Shown here: in pieces, positions 43,168-55,500 of the stretch
Layout of the letters: each line of letters starts with the position of its first letter
How positions within the stretch are numbered: position 1 is the first letter of the stretch
Assembly: GCA_004764695.1 (NCBI GenBank)
Contig: SMSO01000032.1
Span: 5,364,483 to 5,428,482 of the forward strand
Source: Schizochytrium sp. TIO01
Taxonomy: Eukaryota; Protista; Bigyra: Labyrinthulomycetes
Length of the DNA: 64,000 bases
Direction: 5' to 3'
Position numbers and translations under genes: made by a program
Notes under the pieces: model-generated
The model's input: only the letters and a program-made list of their open reading frames with translations
Database searches by the model: none
What the model was told of the DNA's origin: nothing

Positions 43168-46100
43168 CCCACCGTGCTCGCACACGGGCAGGCACGCGCT
43201 GATATGAAGTCCTCAAATGCAGATGTCTGCCCCCCCTAGACTCAATTAGACACACTTGATTGAAGAAAGTGCAGGACCATTGGCAGGTATTTTCAACACT
43301 ACAGACATCTTTGTTAGCTCGAGCTGCAATGCGAAGTGAAGATTAAATCTATCATCTCGCCTGCGCAGTCCCCTTTAACATGAATTCAAGTCACTTTTTT
43401 GTTTTTGTTTTTTGAAGCAATTTATTATTATTATTTTGTAAGTGCTTAAAGTAAAAATAGTTTTTGGTTTTAAATAAAATAAAGTAATTCTCTCCCTCTC
43501 TCTCTGCCCACTGAAGCAAAAATTATATTAAAAAAATAATGATTTATAACATTTGAAAAAGGTCCCGCGCCGCAACGGATAGTCAACGGCTCGCAGTTAA
43601 GATGACTTATACTTTGTCCTAGTGGGACATAGGGGGCGCGGATGCGGCGCGGGCAATCAAAGTAATAATGAAGAACTTAGTAGCAAGAAGGCACGTTAGC
43701 GGAAGAGACCAAAAAGTTGTAACGAAGAAAGGGTCGTTGACTGCGCACTTACCAGCTTAGCACAAATTTACATACGATAGTGCAGGTTTTGCAGCTGTGG
43801 AAGAAGGAGAAAAATAAAAAAACATAGGTGATGCAATGCTTCTCTTTGTCAAACAACTAAAAGCATCATAAGAAGCGGAACGAAACCAAAACTCGACACA
43901 CTAATCAACCAGGTAAAGAATTCAGAACTTCCACTTTGCTCTAATAGGCTTTGTTTAATAGTTCCCTAGTATGGTTAAACCTCCACAAGATAGCAGATAA
44001 GGTCAGGTGCTTGTCCAGCAGCCGCAGTAAATAATACAACTGTGAATCAATCACCTTAGGAAGCAGGATACATAGGATTAATATTTCCATAAAGCACGTG
44101 AAGCTGCCCTTTCTTACTCAATCTACTTCCTCCTTAACGCTTAACTGTCTCCTGCATTGCACGGTTGGTTTATACTTCACTCGCTTCTCATCTTTTATTT
44201 TGTTTTGAAATTAACTTCTCTTGTGTGTGTAAGGTCCCAGGGAGAATAGACCGATCGAGGAGGAGGAATTGTCTGTTTGAAATACACAGTCACCATTTCC
44301 GCGCACGTTACACCACAACGTCAGCTACGTGAATGTATTGCAAGATGATCAACTCAGGTGGCCAGGATGCACATGGAGTTGCTCTCGAAGAAGGCGAAGA
44401 ACCAATGATCATGGTAGTTTATCAACACGAATAAGTCCTGGCCAGCTGCCGTTGGTATTTTCGCCACCCGTGGCTTGTATGCATCTGCCCAGCTCCAGGC
44501 AAGAAACCAATTGACCTTCATCGCACCTTTAGTTTGACTGCCCTTCTTCTTTTGCTGTCTTCTGGAGGGAGCGTCGTGTTTTAGTGGTCTTTCAATCACT
44601 TTCCCGCTTTTAAAATAACCAGCCTGGTTTTTCTTCTTGATAATCAATTGCGATACCATATAGGACGTGTCAGTGGTCTCGTCGATTAAAGGCTGAGATT
44701 GATTCTTTACCCGATGCTGCATCGTCAATGGCATGGATAATTGAACTGATGATGACAGAGTTGGCAATGCTCGGGTTTCAAGCGCGGCCGCGTGCGCACA
44801 CAGGGTTGGTTCTTTCTGCTAAACATTACTATTTTTATTATTTAGATTTTTAAAACAGTTCAAAATAATAAGTAGTTTAATCCTTGAAAACAACCTGGGA
44901 ACCATTGAAGATTTCGTCTCCCCAAAATAATTTGCTCGGCCTTCGCTTCGTTCTCGCGTGCACACTCCTCACCTTTCCTGGTGATAGGTAGTCTATATGC
45001 CTGCATTAAAACCCGACGTGCTGAGTCTTTGCGCCGCCCACCTTGCCATCTGCCCCCCCTTTCTCTCCGCCCTTCTTTTTAAGCCTTTTTCTCTTTTGAA
45101 ACCCAATTTTCTAATCTCTTTCTAATTCGTGCTCATTCTGAAAAATATTAAATTAAATTAATTAAATAAAAATTAAATACAAATTAATAAAAAATTAATA
45201 AAAAATTAATAAAAAATTGTTTCCGTTCCACTGCTCCTTAGAGCTCTTACTCTGCAGCAAGTTCTTGCTTTTCCAGACAGCTTCAACGAGTGTTATCAAA
45301 TACGGCTGGCCTTGCATTTGCACAAAGTGTCGCAACTGCGGAAAAGGCAAGCGTCTTCAGCCATCGCTGCACAAGTTATCAGAGCTTCTGTGCTTGGAGT
45401 GCCTCCCCGCCGTGCCTGCCTGTCAGTCAGTCAGTCAGTCAGTCAGTCGGTCTGTGAAAATCAATGCCTTTGACGGTCGATTGATTGATTCATAGATAGG
45501 TCGATCAATTTATTTTTGTTACTTTTTCTTTGAAAGCCTTCTTTGTCTTCGTGTTGATTCTGTTGCCCTCTCAGCCCCTCTGAGGCCTTTTCTCCTTCTC
45601 AATAGCACTCCCTCCATCGTTCATATTACGCGGCAAGTCTGGCGTGGCAGGTTGTTTTCTAAATAGGCCCCAGAGCCTGTCACAAGGTCCTTTGGAGGTC
45701 CTTAGCTACCTCGTTCTCGCGAGAACTCGCCTGCATTCCTCCTGTGCTCGCGATTCTGTTTCTTCGTTTCGTTGTTGGATAGTTTGTTTCTTTCTTTCTT
45801 TCATTTGATTGCTGTTTGTTTGTTTGTTTGTTTGTTTGTTTGTTTGTTTTTGTTTGTTGAGTCTCCGTTTCTGATTATTGTTTTGTTTATTCTTTTTTCT
45901 TTTGTTTATCTGTTTCTGTTTCTCTCTCAGTTCCCTTTCTTCGAAGAGCTAGATCGTTGACCTCATCGAGCTCGGCTCCGTGAGTCAGCAAAAGAGAAAA
46001 GAAAGAACCGCGCGACTCGGGTCCGCTCCAGGCAGACACCGTCATCGGCAGCGGCAGCGGCAGCAGTGACGACGGCAGCGGCAGCAGTGGCAGCAGTGGC

Positions 46101-46348
46101 AGCGCTCGCGACTCGCAACGCGACAGTTCGCCGTCTTCGGCTCTAGCATCTACTAGCTCATTACGCGGAGGGGCCCGCGGGTGGACAAACGAAATACTGC
46201 GGCTTACGGAAAAACTTTGCAGGCGCAAGGTGCAGGCAGATCGTTTGGTCTCCCGGCTGCGTGGTTGTCGAGGGGTCGATTCCGTTGCGGATTAATTGTC
46301 TGGTGATTGTTGTTGGGTTAATTTGCTTTTCTGAATTAGAACGTCAAG

Positions 46349-47639
46349 ATGGGTGACAAGGACGGCAAGGCCAAGCTCCAGGCGCTCCGCGAGGAGCTTC
46401 AGAAGCTCAAGGATCAGGGTGATGAGGGGCGTTTTGAGACACAAGCTATCACACCACTCCCGAACCAAACTTTCAAGGCTCGTCGCCAGCTCAAGGGTCA
46501 TTTTGGTAAGGTAAGTAGAATTACAATGGCCGGGTTTTTGTTAACCCCTCTTCTGGCCTCCCGTCCAAAGAAAGCGAAAGGGTACTATGCTCGCGATGCG
46601 TGCAGCGAGAGCAAGACCTCTTGCGAATAAATCATGAGGAGCAGGGTAGGGTTCGGTGAACTGTGTTCATGATTGACTAACTTTTATTTTACGGTTTTCT
46701 CACATTGATCTGGAATTCTCCTTATTAAATCGTAACGTGATAATTTGCATACAGGTGTACGCAATGCATTGGGCAGGTAAATCTAGCGCCGAGGAGCTTG
46801 TCAGTGCGTCTCAGGACGGAAAGCTCATTGTATGGAACGCTCAGACCACCTTTAAGAAGCAAGCTATTCCCCTCCGTTCTTCCTGGGTCATGACCTGCGC
46901 CTTTGAGCAGGACAACAATCAAATGGTCGCCTGCGGTGGCCTTGATAACCTTTGTTCTATCTACAAGGTCGACGGTGAGACCACTACTACTTCCCGCGCA
47001 ACAAAGGAGCTCCAGGCCCACGATGGTTACCTCTCCTGCTGCCGATTCATTGGCAACCAACACATTCTTACCTCCTCTGGTGACTCCACCTGCATCTACT
47101 GGGACATTGAACGTGGTGAAGCACTTACCTCGTTCACTGACCACAACGGTGATGTAATGAGTGTCGCTGTTCACCCGACTGACCGAAACCTCTTCGTCTC
47201 TGGTTCCTGTGATGCCACCTCTAAATTGTTTGACATCCGTCAATCTGGCTGTGTTTCTACCTTTGTTGGCCACGAGTCCGACATTAACGCTGTCAACTTT
47301 TTCCCTAGTGGTATGTGCTTTGGTACTGGCAGTGATGACTCTAGTTGCCGCATGTTTGATTTGCGTTGCTACCAGGAGGTTAATACCTTCATGAGTGATC
47401 GTATCCTCTGTGGTATCACCTCTGTTGCATTTTCTCAGTCTGGTCGTCTTCTTCTTGCTGGTTATGATGACTACATGACCCACGTATGGGATGCCATTAA
47501 ACCCAACGCCAACGGACCCGCCTTCTCTACTGACAAGAACCAAGGTCACGAGAACCGTGTCTCCTGTCTTGGTGTTTCTTCAGATGGTGGTGCTCTCTGC
47601 ACAGGCTCCTGGGATACCCTTCTCAAGATCTACGCCTAA
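46349..47639 (+). CDS. GNB: Heterotrimeric G-protein beta subunit, 348 aa; exons 46349-46510 and 46755-47639
   Basis: LKGHFGK|[70 protein letters not shown]. Phase-0 intron GTAAGT..GACTAAC..ACAG. Confidence 0.97.
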
Positions 47640-48358
47640 TCATGTTCCTCTTTTTCGCCAAAGCGCATCGTGCAAGTTATTCTGTCGGACACTGATGTGC
47701 ACGAATGTCTACACATACAGAACACGTAATCATTAAACCCCATCAAACTAAGTGTTTTTTTCCCTATGTTTCATTTCTATGCCTGCATGTTTCTCTTCTC
47801 ATTTCTTTCTGTTATTCTTGCTCTCTCAACATCTCCTACTTAATCGCCACATTCTAAACGATTCTTCTTCTTAAATTTTGGTCGCAACAACTGCTTGTCA
47901 AATCTAAACCTTTGCAAGGGAAGTTTTAAGCTGTTGACAATGCAACGCCAGATCTCGTTACTTGTTTGTGTCACCTAAACTAAGGTTTCGTGTTTATTTC
48001 GTTTGTTTTTTTCAAGAGGCCTACAATGTTTGCTAATTGCGAATCAAAATTATAGAATTGTTTTAATTTTTTATTCATGCTATATTTCTGCGTTGACGCT
48101 TTTTTTAAAAGATTCAATCTCTAGTCTAGACAGATTTCATGTTCAGTATGTCGAACTGAAAATTCGTGTTTCACGTCTTCTTCCAAGCGTTCTAGTTTTT
48201 GAAGATTCATACTGCAAAGCTTGGCTCTGTATTGACAAGATCAGATCAGACAAAATCGTACCCGTGAATGCCATCGAGTAAAAGGAGAAGTAAGATAACA
48301 ACATTACAATGAAAGCCTGAAAACGGTCCTGTTTTTAAGACCCTGTAGATCAATAGGC

Positions 48359-49011
48359 TCATGACTCTTTCTCGTGAAGTTCCTCAAGAGCAACGTCAAT
48401 GGCAGCAAAAACAGCCTTCTCCCGTGATGGATTGTTATGCACAAATCCATGACGTTTTGTTCGCATTGAATGAGCCAGGTAGCCATTAACAGTTATTTCA
48501 AAGTTTCCAGACACGTCCGCATCTCGCCTCGACACAATACGAACTTTGCGGGGATACTGCTCTAGTAATAGCTTTTCTGTTGCTTCATACTGCAAACATA
48601 AAGATACCATATACAAAAATAAAGTTAGCACAATCAACGCAAAATACATCCAAGCACGCGAATTGTTCATCATCTAGGTTTCTTTGCACGTACCGCCTGT
48701 TGGAATCCGCAACCACCGCACCATTGGATAATAACCTCCACTGCATCTTCAGCGTTGTCCACTTCTTGTGCAACTCGCTCTTGAAACGGCGCCTTCAAGC
48801 GGTCGTACGCCATTTTTGTCAAAATGGCAATAATCACAACTACCACAAGCCCAACTTGAAGCAAGTTGCTCGCCCAATCGAGCGCCTCCGCTTGCGTCAG
48901 CACGCCATTGAGCCCTGAGCCCTTCAGCAGCGGAATTGCTCCTTCATGCTCCTGAAGCCAGGCTGCCAACGTGTTCAGAACTGGGTCAAAAGCTCTTGAG
49001 AGTGCCTCCAT
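48359..49011 (-). CDS. SelW/Rdx-family thioredoxin-like protein (CGGC, Cys form) with N-terminal TM helix, ~182 aa; exons 49011-48694 and 48589-48359
   Basis: Splicing GTACGT(48693)..GCTAAC..TGCAG(48590) joins VIIQWCGGCGFQQA to YEATEKLLLEQYP..GNFEITVNGYLAHS..GFV, matching the SelW pattern CxxUG..GFFEV.V.G.LIHSK..G.V. Hydrophobic LLQVGLVVVVIIAIL lies upstream. Confidence 0.85.
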
Positions 49012-50113
49012 AGTATTTACAGCAGATTTCTCTCGATTTGCCAAGGCCCGAACAATTTGTCACAGCGCACGAGATTGATATGCCAAGCCTGTCGAGTCGT
49101 AAGTTTCTCAGATTCCATCATCGCAAGCGATGGCGATCCCAAAACAATTAGAATTGATAAGTAGTACAGAGTACTTCTAGGCATCCTTAGAGTAATAACC
49201 TAGGCGGCCACTAATATGAGCACTTCACCTACTTCACCTTTCCTCCGTGCGCCGTGCACAATTCTGGCTCTCCTTCATATCGTGCACGGTATTACTCAAC
49301 GGCCATGTGTAGAAAGTAAACATGAGATGTGCTTAGCTAGGACAAAACTTAGAGTGAGCGGAAACCGAGAGGAAACTGTCGTTGCACCCGGTTTCAACAA
49401 TGCTCTGGCGTTTTAAAGTTCCAACCTGGGAGCTCACTACCTAGAATAAAGTAAACTACAAACGATGCAACGTCGACTACTACCTTCAAAACCTAGATTG
49501 AAGCAATCAATATGCCACCGGGGCAAAAGTTTCGCGTGGGACTAGAATAAATAGCGCAATGCATTTCAGAACTTGCCTATGAAATAGACCCCCCTTTACC
49601 GAGGTGACCAGGCGCATTGACCACGTAGAATTTTGTTATGTGAAACTAGAACGTCTCCTCGCCGGCGGTAGTTACATGTGATACCGACAACAACTACTAC
49701 TGACGTTCCTGATGAGTCAAAAGCGAACGATAGTTTTAGGGGTCCTAGCTTAATTTGTTTTCTCCTTTATACTATATGCAGGTTTCTGTTACCAAGAATA
49801 AAAATAAGAGTTAAAGGTTCTGTCTGGTAAGAGTAGGGATATTTCGTAGTATGAAATGAATACACAGAAGAAATCAAGACTCTCCAGCAAAGCCCGCGCT
49901 GTGTAAACAGAAGCTAACCCAGCATATCAGAGTAGACCACCATACTCCTAGCAAGGTCGGCTCGACCTTGAGAAGGCTAGCGCTTGCGGCTGAGGGCGCT
50001 TGTAGCTTGGCACGCTTGTAGCTTAGCGTGCTTGACTACAGAGCGCTTGTAAGACAGTGCCAGGTTTAAAGCGTTCGTGTAAACTTTACAAGACGTAGAC
50101 AAACTACATCAGC

Positions 50114-51146
50114 ATGGTTAAGGAAGCTGTTTTGCCAAACGGCGATGCGAATGATCGCAAGAGGCTCCATGATCGCTGGCTGCGTAAGCTAATGAGTAGT
50201 ATTAAGACAGATGGATGGGGCCAAGTCATCGAGGCAGTTGATGCGTACACAGATCTTGCCAACGAGATCGCAGTATATGCACCTACTCATGAACTTTCTG
50301 AAAATGACTCTGTAGGTTTGATTTAATGACCCCAAAAGCTAGAATATAAATTGCGAGCGTCTACAAAGAAATACTAACACTTTTGCATGAGTTTTTGGTT
50401 TTCTATTTATCTTTAAATGTACATAGACTCTCTTACATCGAATGGTCAGCGTCCTGAAGGCAAGATGTGCTATCAACAGTGGAGATGAACAAAAAGATGA
50501 TTCAGTCTACCCAAGCGCCGAAGACATGAAATGTTTGGTCGCAGCTTTTGAAGAGCTGTTCTCGACCGACAAATCAGAATACATGCCATTTCCATTGAAC
50601 CTTGAGCCACTCTCAGAATATACAACGCAGAAACACTGGCTTGACGAGACAACTCTCCGGTTACAAAAACCATCTAAGCCCGGTGGTGTGCTTATTCCTG
50701 CCTCGGAAATACACTCTGGAGGGACACACGTAACTCTTGAAATTATTGATGTCGGAATCAAGTGCGCAGACACGTTTACAAACCCATTCGTAAGAATGAC
50801 AGTCATGGATCGTAAAGGAAATTGCCTCGAACCCAAGCAAGAAACTCCGGTGGCAGATCGACAATCCATGTACAAGGTAGATATCAACACAATTGTACAT
50901 ATTCAAAGTTCGATAGAGGAGATCCGCGAAAAGGATGCTGCCATATTTCTAGAATTTGTTCACTACAAAACTTTAAAGCACAAAAATTCTACCAAAGCCT
51001 GGGCTGTTTTAGAGACCGACGAGCTCTCTCCTGACCTTAAAGTCCTGGAGATTTACAAAAAACCGGTTGAAAAGACACGTACCAAGTTCAAGCTTCTTAC
51101 AACCAAAAAACTCTTTTTTCAAGTACGAGTTCATATTAACCAGTAG
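50114..51146 (+). CDS. AIDA: AIDA-like protein (Aida-N plus Aida-C2), ~305 aa; exons 50114-50311 and 50427-51146
   Basis: DGWGQVIEAVDAY; AAIFLEFVHYK..K.STKAWA..E.DE; LEIYKKP. Phase-0 intron GTAGGT..TACTAAC..CATAG. Confidence 0.9.
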
Positions 51147-51510
51147 CTGATGTTATATTTCCAGACACAAAATCAACTAAATCATACATACGTCTCCTAT
51201 GCTGATATTAGGAGGACATTTGTTACTCTTAGCTTGACGGAGAATCAGTGGTAATCTCATTTTAAGCCTTGGACCTTCCATTAGTGCACACCTTTCCTGA
51301 TGAGAACAAAAGAAACATTAAACATGTTTACTCTTGGGAACGCAAAGCGCGGCATTCAATCAGGAAGCCAAGCAACTAAGGTCTGAACAGGAGGCCTACA
51401 CAATAATCCTTTTGCAGTTTGTGTCACGTGTTTGTGCAAAGCTCTCGATAAGGAGTTGGTGCCAACAGAGAGACCAAAGCAAACTACATGAGCCCTGTGG
51501 ATTGTTTCTC

Positions 51511-52434
51511 ATGGGCATACTCATCTGCGGTAGTGGAAAGGACCTCATACAGAACTGGGTTAATAAGCTTGTGTACAGTTTTGTTCAAAAACATCGAGAA
51601 GAGAGAGTAGATCTTGTGATTTATCACCATGGATCAAATTCATCTGAAGAAATACGTCTCATGTTCGCAAAGCTTGTGGATGACGGGGCTGGCAGATTTG
51701 TGCTGCATAATCTGGAAACACAAGAATCTTTGTTCCAAACAGTGAGTCGCCTTGCTCTTGCAGATACCATTTGCGTCGCAATTAATGCAACAGGTCTAGA
51801 TCCTATTTTTCAACTTCCCTGGACCCAGAGACGAAGAGTAATTGCAATACTTTCACCTTCTGGTGGTGCACACAATGCTTCTTGTATTAATGAGCTACGT
51901 CTTAGTTGCTTTGATTTCACCTTGCTGCTACCTGCAATAGTCGTAAATGGACCGGCAACTTCGAATCTTCTTGTAGAGGAAGCTTCACCAGTATGGCCTC
52001 CTGAATTTGTTCCCGGACGTTGTATAACAAGCGAAGATTTGGTACGCATTATTGAAGATTGCAGTCATCGGGGCAAACCATATCATAGGTTGTGTCGAAT
52101 CCCTAGAATGTATCTGCATGTGCACACATATAATCGTTCCTCATCAGCTCACTTCGCAGCCCCTTATCAACCAAAAATGACACGTATGCGAGAGTCCTAT
52201 GACGGAGTACTACTGAAGGCCCCGTTTTCACGCTGGGGAGGTCTGAAAGCTTCTGAAAGCAGAACAAATGGCGCCACCTACACAAGAAGAGATCAAAAGC
52301 AACCCTTAGGGGCACTTGTCTGCCTTGAAGGTAATATCATGCCGAAGAAGCTTCGCATGGAAAATCATACAGAAAATTTATTCGGGATTTTGCAGACAGC
52401 AGACAATGCGGATGCGCCTCGTGATCACAAATAA
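51511..52434 (+). CDS. Hypothetical protein, probably a divergent NAD(P)-binding (atypical SDR/BLVRB-like) fold
   Basis: ORF over 300 codons in a gene-dense block. N-terminal ILICGSG and ELRLSCFDFTLLLP..VNGPAT..CITSEDL resemble LRxSGLDWTIVRP..LTDGPxT..ISRxDV. Start uncertain. Confidence 0.55.
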   Translation: MGILICGSGKDLIQNWVNKLVYSFVQKHREERVDLVIYHHGSNSSEEIRLMFAKLVDDGAGRFVLHNLETQESLFQTVSRLALADTICVAINATGLDPIFQLPWTQRRRVIAILSPSGGAHNASCINELRLSCFDFTLLLPAIVVNGPATSNLLVEEASPVWPPEFVPGRCITSEDLVRIIEDCSHRGKPYHRLCRIPRMYLHVHTYNRSSSAHFAAPYQPKMTRMRESYDGVLLKAPFSRWGGLKASESRTNGATYTRRDQKQPLGALVCLEGNIMPKKLRMENHTENLFGILQTADNADAPRDHK

Positions 52435-52503
52435 GCGTATTAGAATGATCATTAATTACTTAACCTATACGTAGCAATTTTCAACTTTAAATCTCCTGTA
52501 GCA

Positions 52504-55500
52504 CTAGCCAAAAAAAACATCTTCAAAGTTGTCACCTACATCAGGCTCAAGAGCTTCCAAATCATCTTTCGTAGGCTCACACGGGCAAACATGTCCATTC
52601 GACTGCAGGACTTTATAAGAGCCTGCCGAAATTGAGTTAAAATTTGCTACTTGGGCAGCCTCGTTTGTTCCATCGACAGTGTACTGACATTCTTTCATAA
52701 AATTTTCTCGCAGCCTTGAAGAGATTGCGGGTCCGTCTTTCGGAGAGGTCATGTTTCCTCCGTGAGAGATTTCCAATGGAACGTGCATGACATGCGCTGG
52801 AGAATCTTGTACTTTTCGGATGTTTTTGAAGTTGTTGGGAATTGCTTGCTTTGCCTCTTCGGATATTGGCCTCGGCATGCTTGCTGATGATTTGCGAGCG
52901 ATCTTCAGTTGTCTCTGAAGGGGTGTCTCACATCGTTTTCCACCAATCAGGGGCACGTCTAAAGGCGCGCTCGAAAGGCTTATGTGAAGGGGCTTTGTAC
53001 TTGGTTTGATGATAGGAGAACAAAACCTGCTTACGTCTTGATCATGATTTGCCAATTGACTGACTGCCTTGAAAGATTCTCTGTTAGTGAACAACTTTTG
53101 TTTTTCAGCGCTAGTTGTTGTTGAAGAAAGATTTATTTCCTTGGTGAAGTCTTTCTGTGCATCAGACAAAACTCGCTGATCAATGCTTCTTGGAGGAAAG
53201 TACCTGTCAATTGTTTTTACCTTCGCGCTGACAGGCGAAGCATATAACTTTTGTCGCTCTTGAGCACCATTTGTAATAGCAAAACTATTTTGGTCACGTG
53301 TTATTGGTTGTTTACTGGGAGGTTTGTTCAGTTTACTAACATGACAAGCGGATGTAGACTTTCGTTTTGGAGCTTTAATGGAGGAAGATCTGACTTTTCT
53401 TTGCTCCTTGGGTTTTTGATCAACTAGTTGCAGCACATGCAGCGGTGTTTTATGTCCAGGGGCATTAGGAACGGATATTATATCCGAATTCACAACTTGA
53501 AGACCAAGCATATCAAGAGTGAAGTCAATGCCATGGAACTTGGGGTGTATTGCAAAAAGACGCAGAGGAGTTCCTGGAGATGTTTCAAACATGATTGGTG
53601 GGGATCGCGATGTCATGTAAGCTGACGCTAAGAGAGTATACTTACTTGTAACAAAGACTTCGTACCCGGACACTGGCACTGTACCCTGGATCAGAGACAC
53701 ACAGTGTTTACCATGAACAATGGAGATCTGCAAAGTACATTTTGATTCTACAAGCTGTTTCGCTTGCTCTGCAATCTTAGAAGCCCGTGTAGGTCCAATC
53801 TCATTCTGAAAAGTGTCTGGCATATATGTACAAACACGCAATAGTTGACTCAAGGTATGTGCGCCAAGCTCATGTAATTTAGCGATTGTTTTGGCTCCCA
53901 CAAAGGGGAGTTGCAAGAGTTCACCTGCTGAAGGCCATGAACGAGTTTCAAAACAACGAAGCAAAAGCTGAAGGTTAACGGCCACAGAAGATTTGAGAAG
54001 GATTTTAGCACACCCTAAGAGACTGCGAAGTAGCCTTATACCCTCAGTCTGTACATAGAGCAGTTCTTCACGTAAAGTACTATCTTTGGGAGCAGGTATA
54101 TCTCGGGCAAGGCTTGCTTGAATAAGTTGAAAAACCTTATCCTGTGCTGAATTGACACGATCGATATTTTTTCTCCCACGAAAACGCCCAAGCCGCCAGC
54201 TTACTTCATTTAGCCACAATTTCTGGTCCCTACGTAGCTGTATTTGTTCATAAAACTCCGATGCCGAAGCAAGTATTTTAACGATAGCAGAGATACTAGC
54301 ATCATCATCTAGCTCAAATAAATTTTGGATAGGAGGGAGAAGGCCGCCATCTGTCTCAGGGTGCAAACTACGGAAAAAGGACAAGCCTGTGCTAAGCCGT
54401 AAACTTTGAGAGCAAATCCAAGCCCCAAGATCTGTAACGCAAAGTGTCCTTGAGTCAGTTAATACAAGACACTCGTTCAAACGCATTGCCTTCAAATGGG
54501 TAGAGACAACGGCCTTCAGACGAGACTTCTCTGCAATGCTTACTCCACGCTCGACAAAAAAGAAAGTGGTTTCTAACCACGCATAAGCATCTGAAAATGT
54601 AGTAATTGCACCTAGATGAATTTCATGCAAGAGCGCCTCTTGCAAGTCGGTCTCCAAGACACTTTTTACTCTCTCAGAACCGGATAAAATACTTTCAAAC
54701 CTTGCCTTGTCGCCTGGATGAGTCATGATAATGGCATATCCTGAAGTATCAAGCCCAAAGCGACCTGCACGCCCAGTCATTTGTAAGATATTTGAAATGG
54801 AAAGCTCTTCCATTCCGCGAGATGGACCACGGTACGCTTTGGTGCCTTTAATAATAACAAGGTGAGCTGGCAAATTAATGCCTTGCGCGAGGGTAGATGT
54901 GCAAACTAAAACTGACAGAAGACCTTGACGAAATAGTTCCTCTACACAAACTTGATCGTTTGTAGACAACTCTGCAGTATGCCAAGCAACTCCTGCACGC
55001 TGAATGCACAAGGACAGGGCGCTATCCTTAATCTTGCTTAGAGCAGTTTTATTGCGATGTTCTACCTGGTTTGGCGTAAGCCTGATGCGCTCTTGTCGGT
55101 GGTCTGAGAGCAATTCTGCTGTTTGCCTTGCTCCTTTGCGACTTGTGCAAAACACCATTGCAGGTTTGCCTTGAGAATACTGTGCAATAAGCGTATGGAT
55201 ATGCGAATTCATTTCACGATGCAAGGTGAACTCGTTCTGACGAGGAGAGCCATAGGTGTAAACTCGGGTCTCAAGAGGACAAGGACGAAACTCTGGCCCA
55301 AAGATTAAAACCCCCCGCGGAACTGGGGCTCCTAACCATCGCGCAAGGTCGTGCGTATTGGGAAGAGTCCCTGAAGCCGCTGCGAAACGAATTGGGGGTA
55401 GCGTTGTCGTCAATAGGCGTCTAATGAATTGGAGACGCGAAACAACAATTTCAAGGACAGCCCCACGCCGTTCCTCAGACAGAAGATGGATCTCATCCAT

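Noticed and set aside
46230-46339. 5'UTR intron of G-beta
   Set aside because: Plausible acceptor but weak donor (GTGCAG); unsupported without RNA data.
48240-48358. SECIS element downstream of the SelW-like gene
   Set aside because: A small A-loop hairpin exists but lacks the AUGA/GA core, and the gene has no in-frame UGA.
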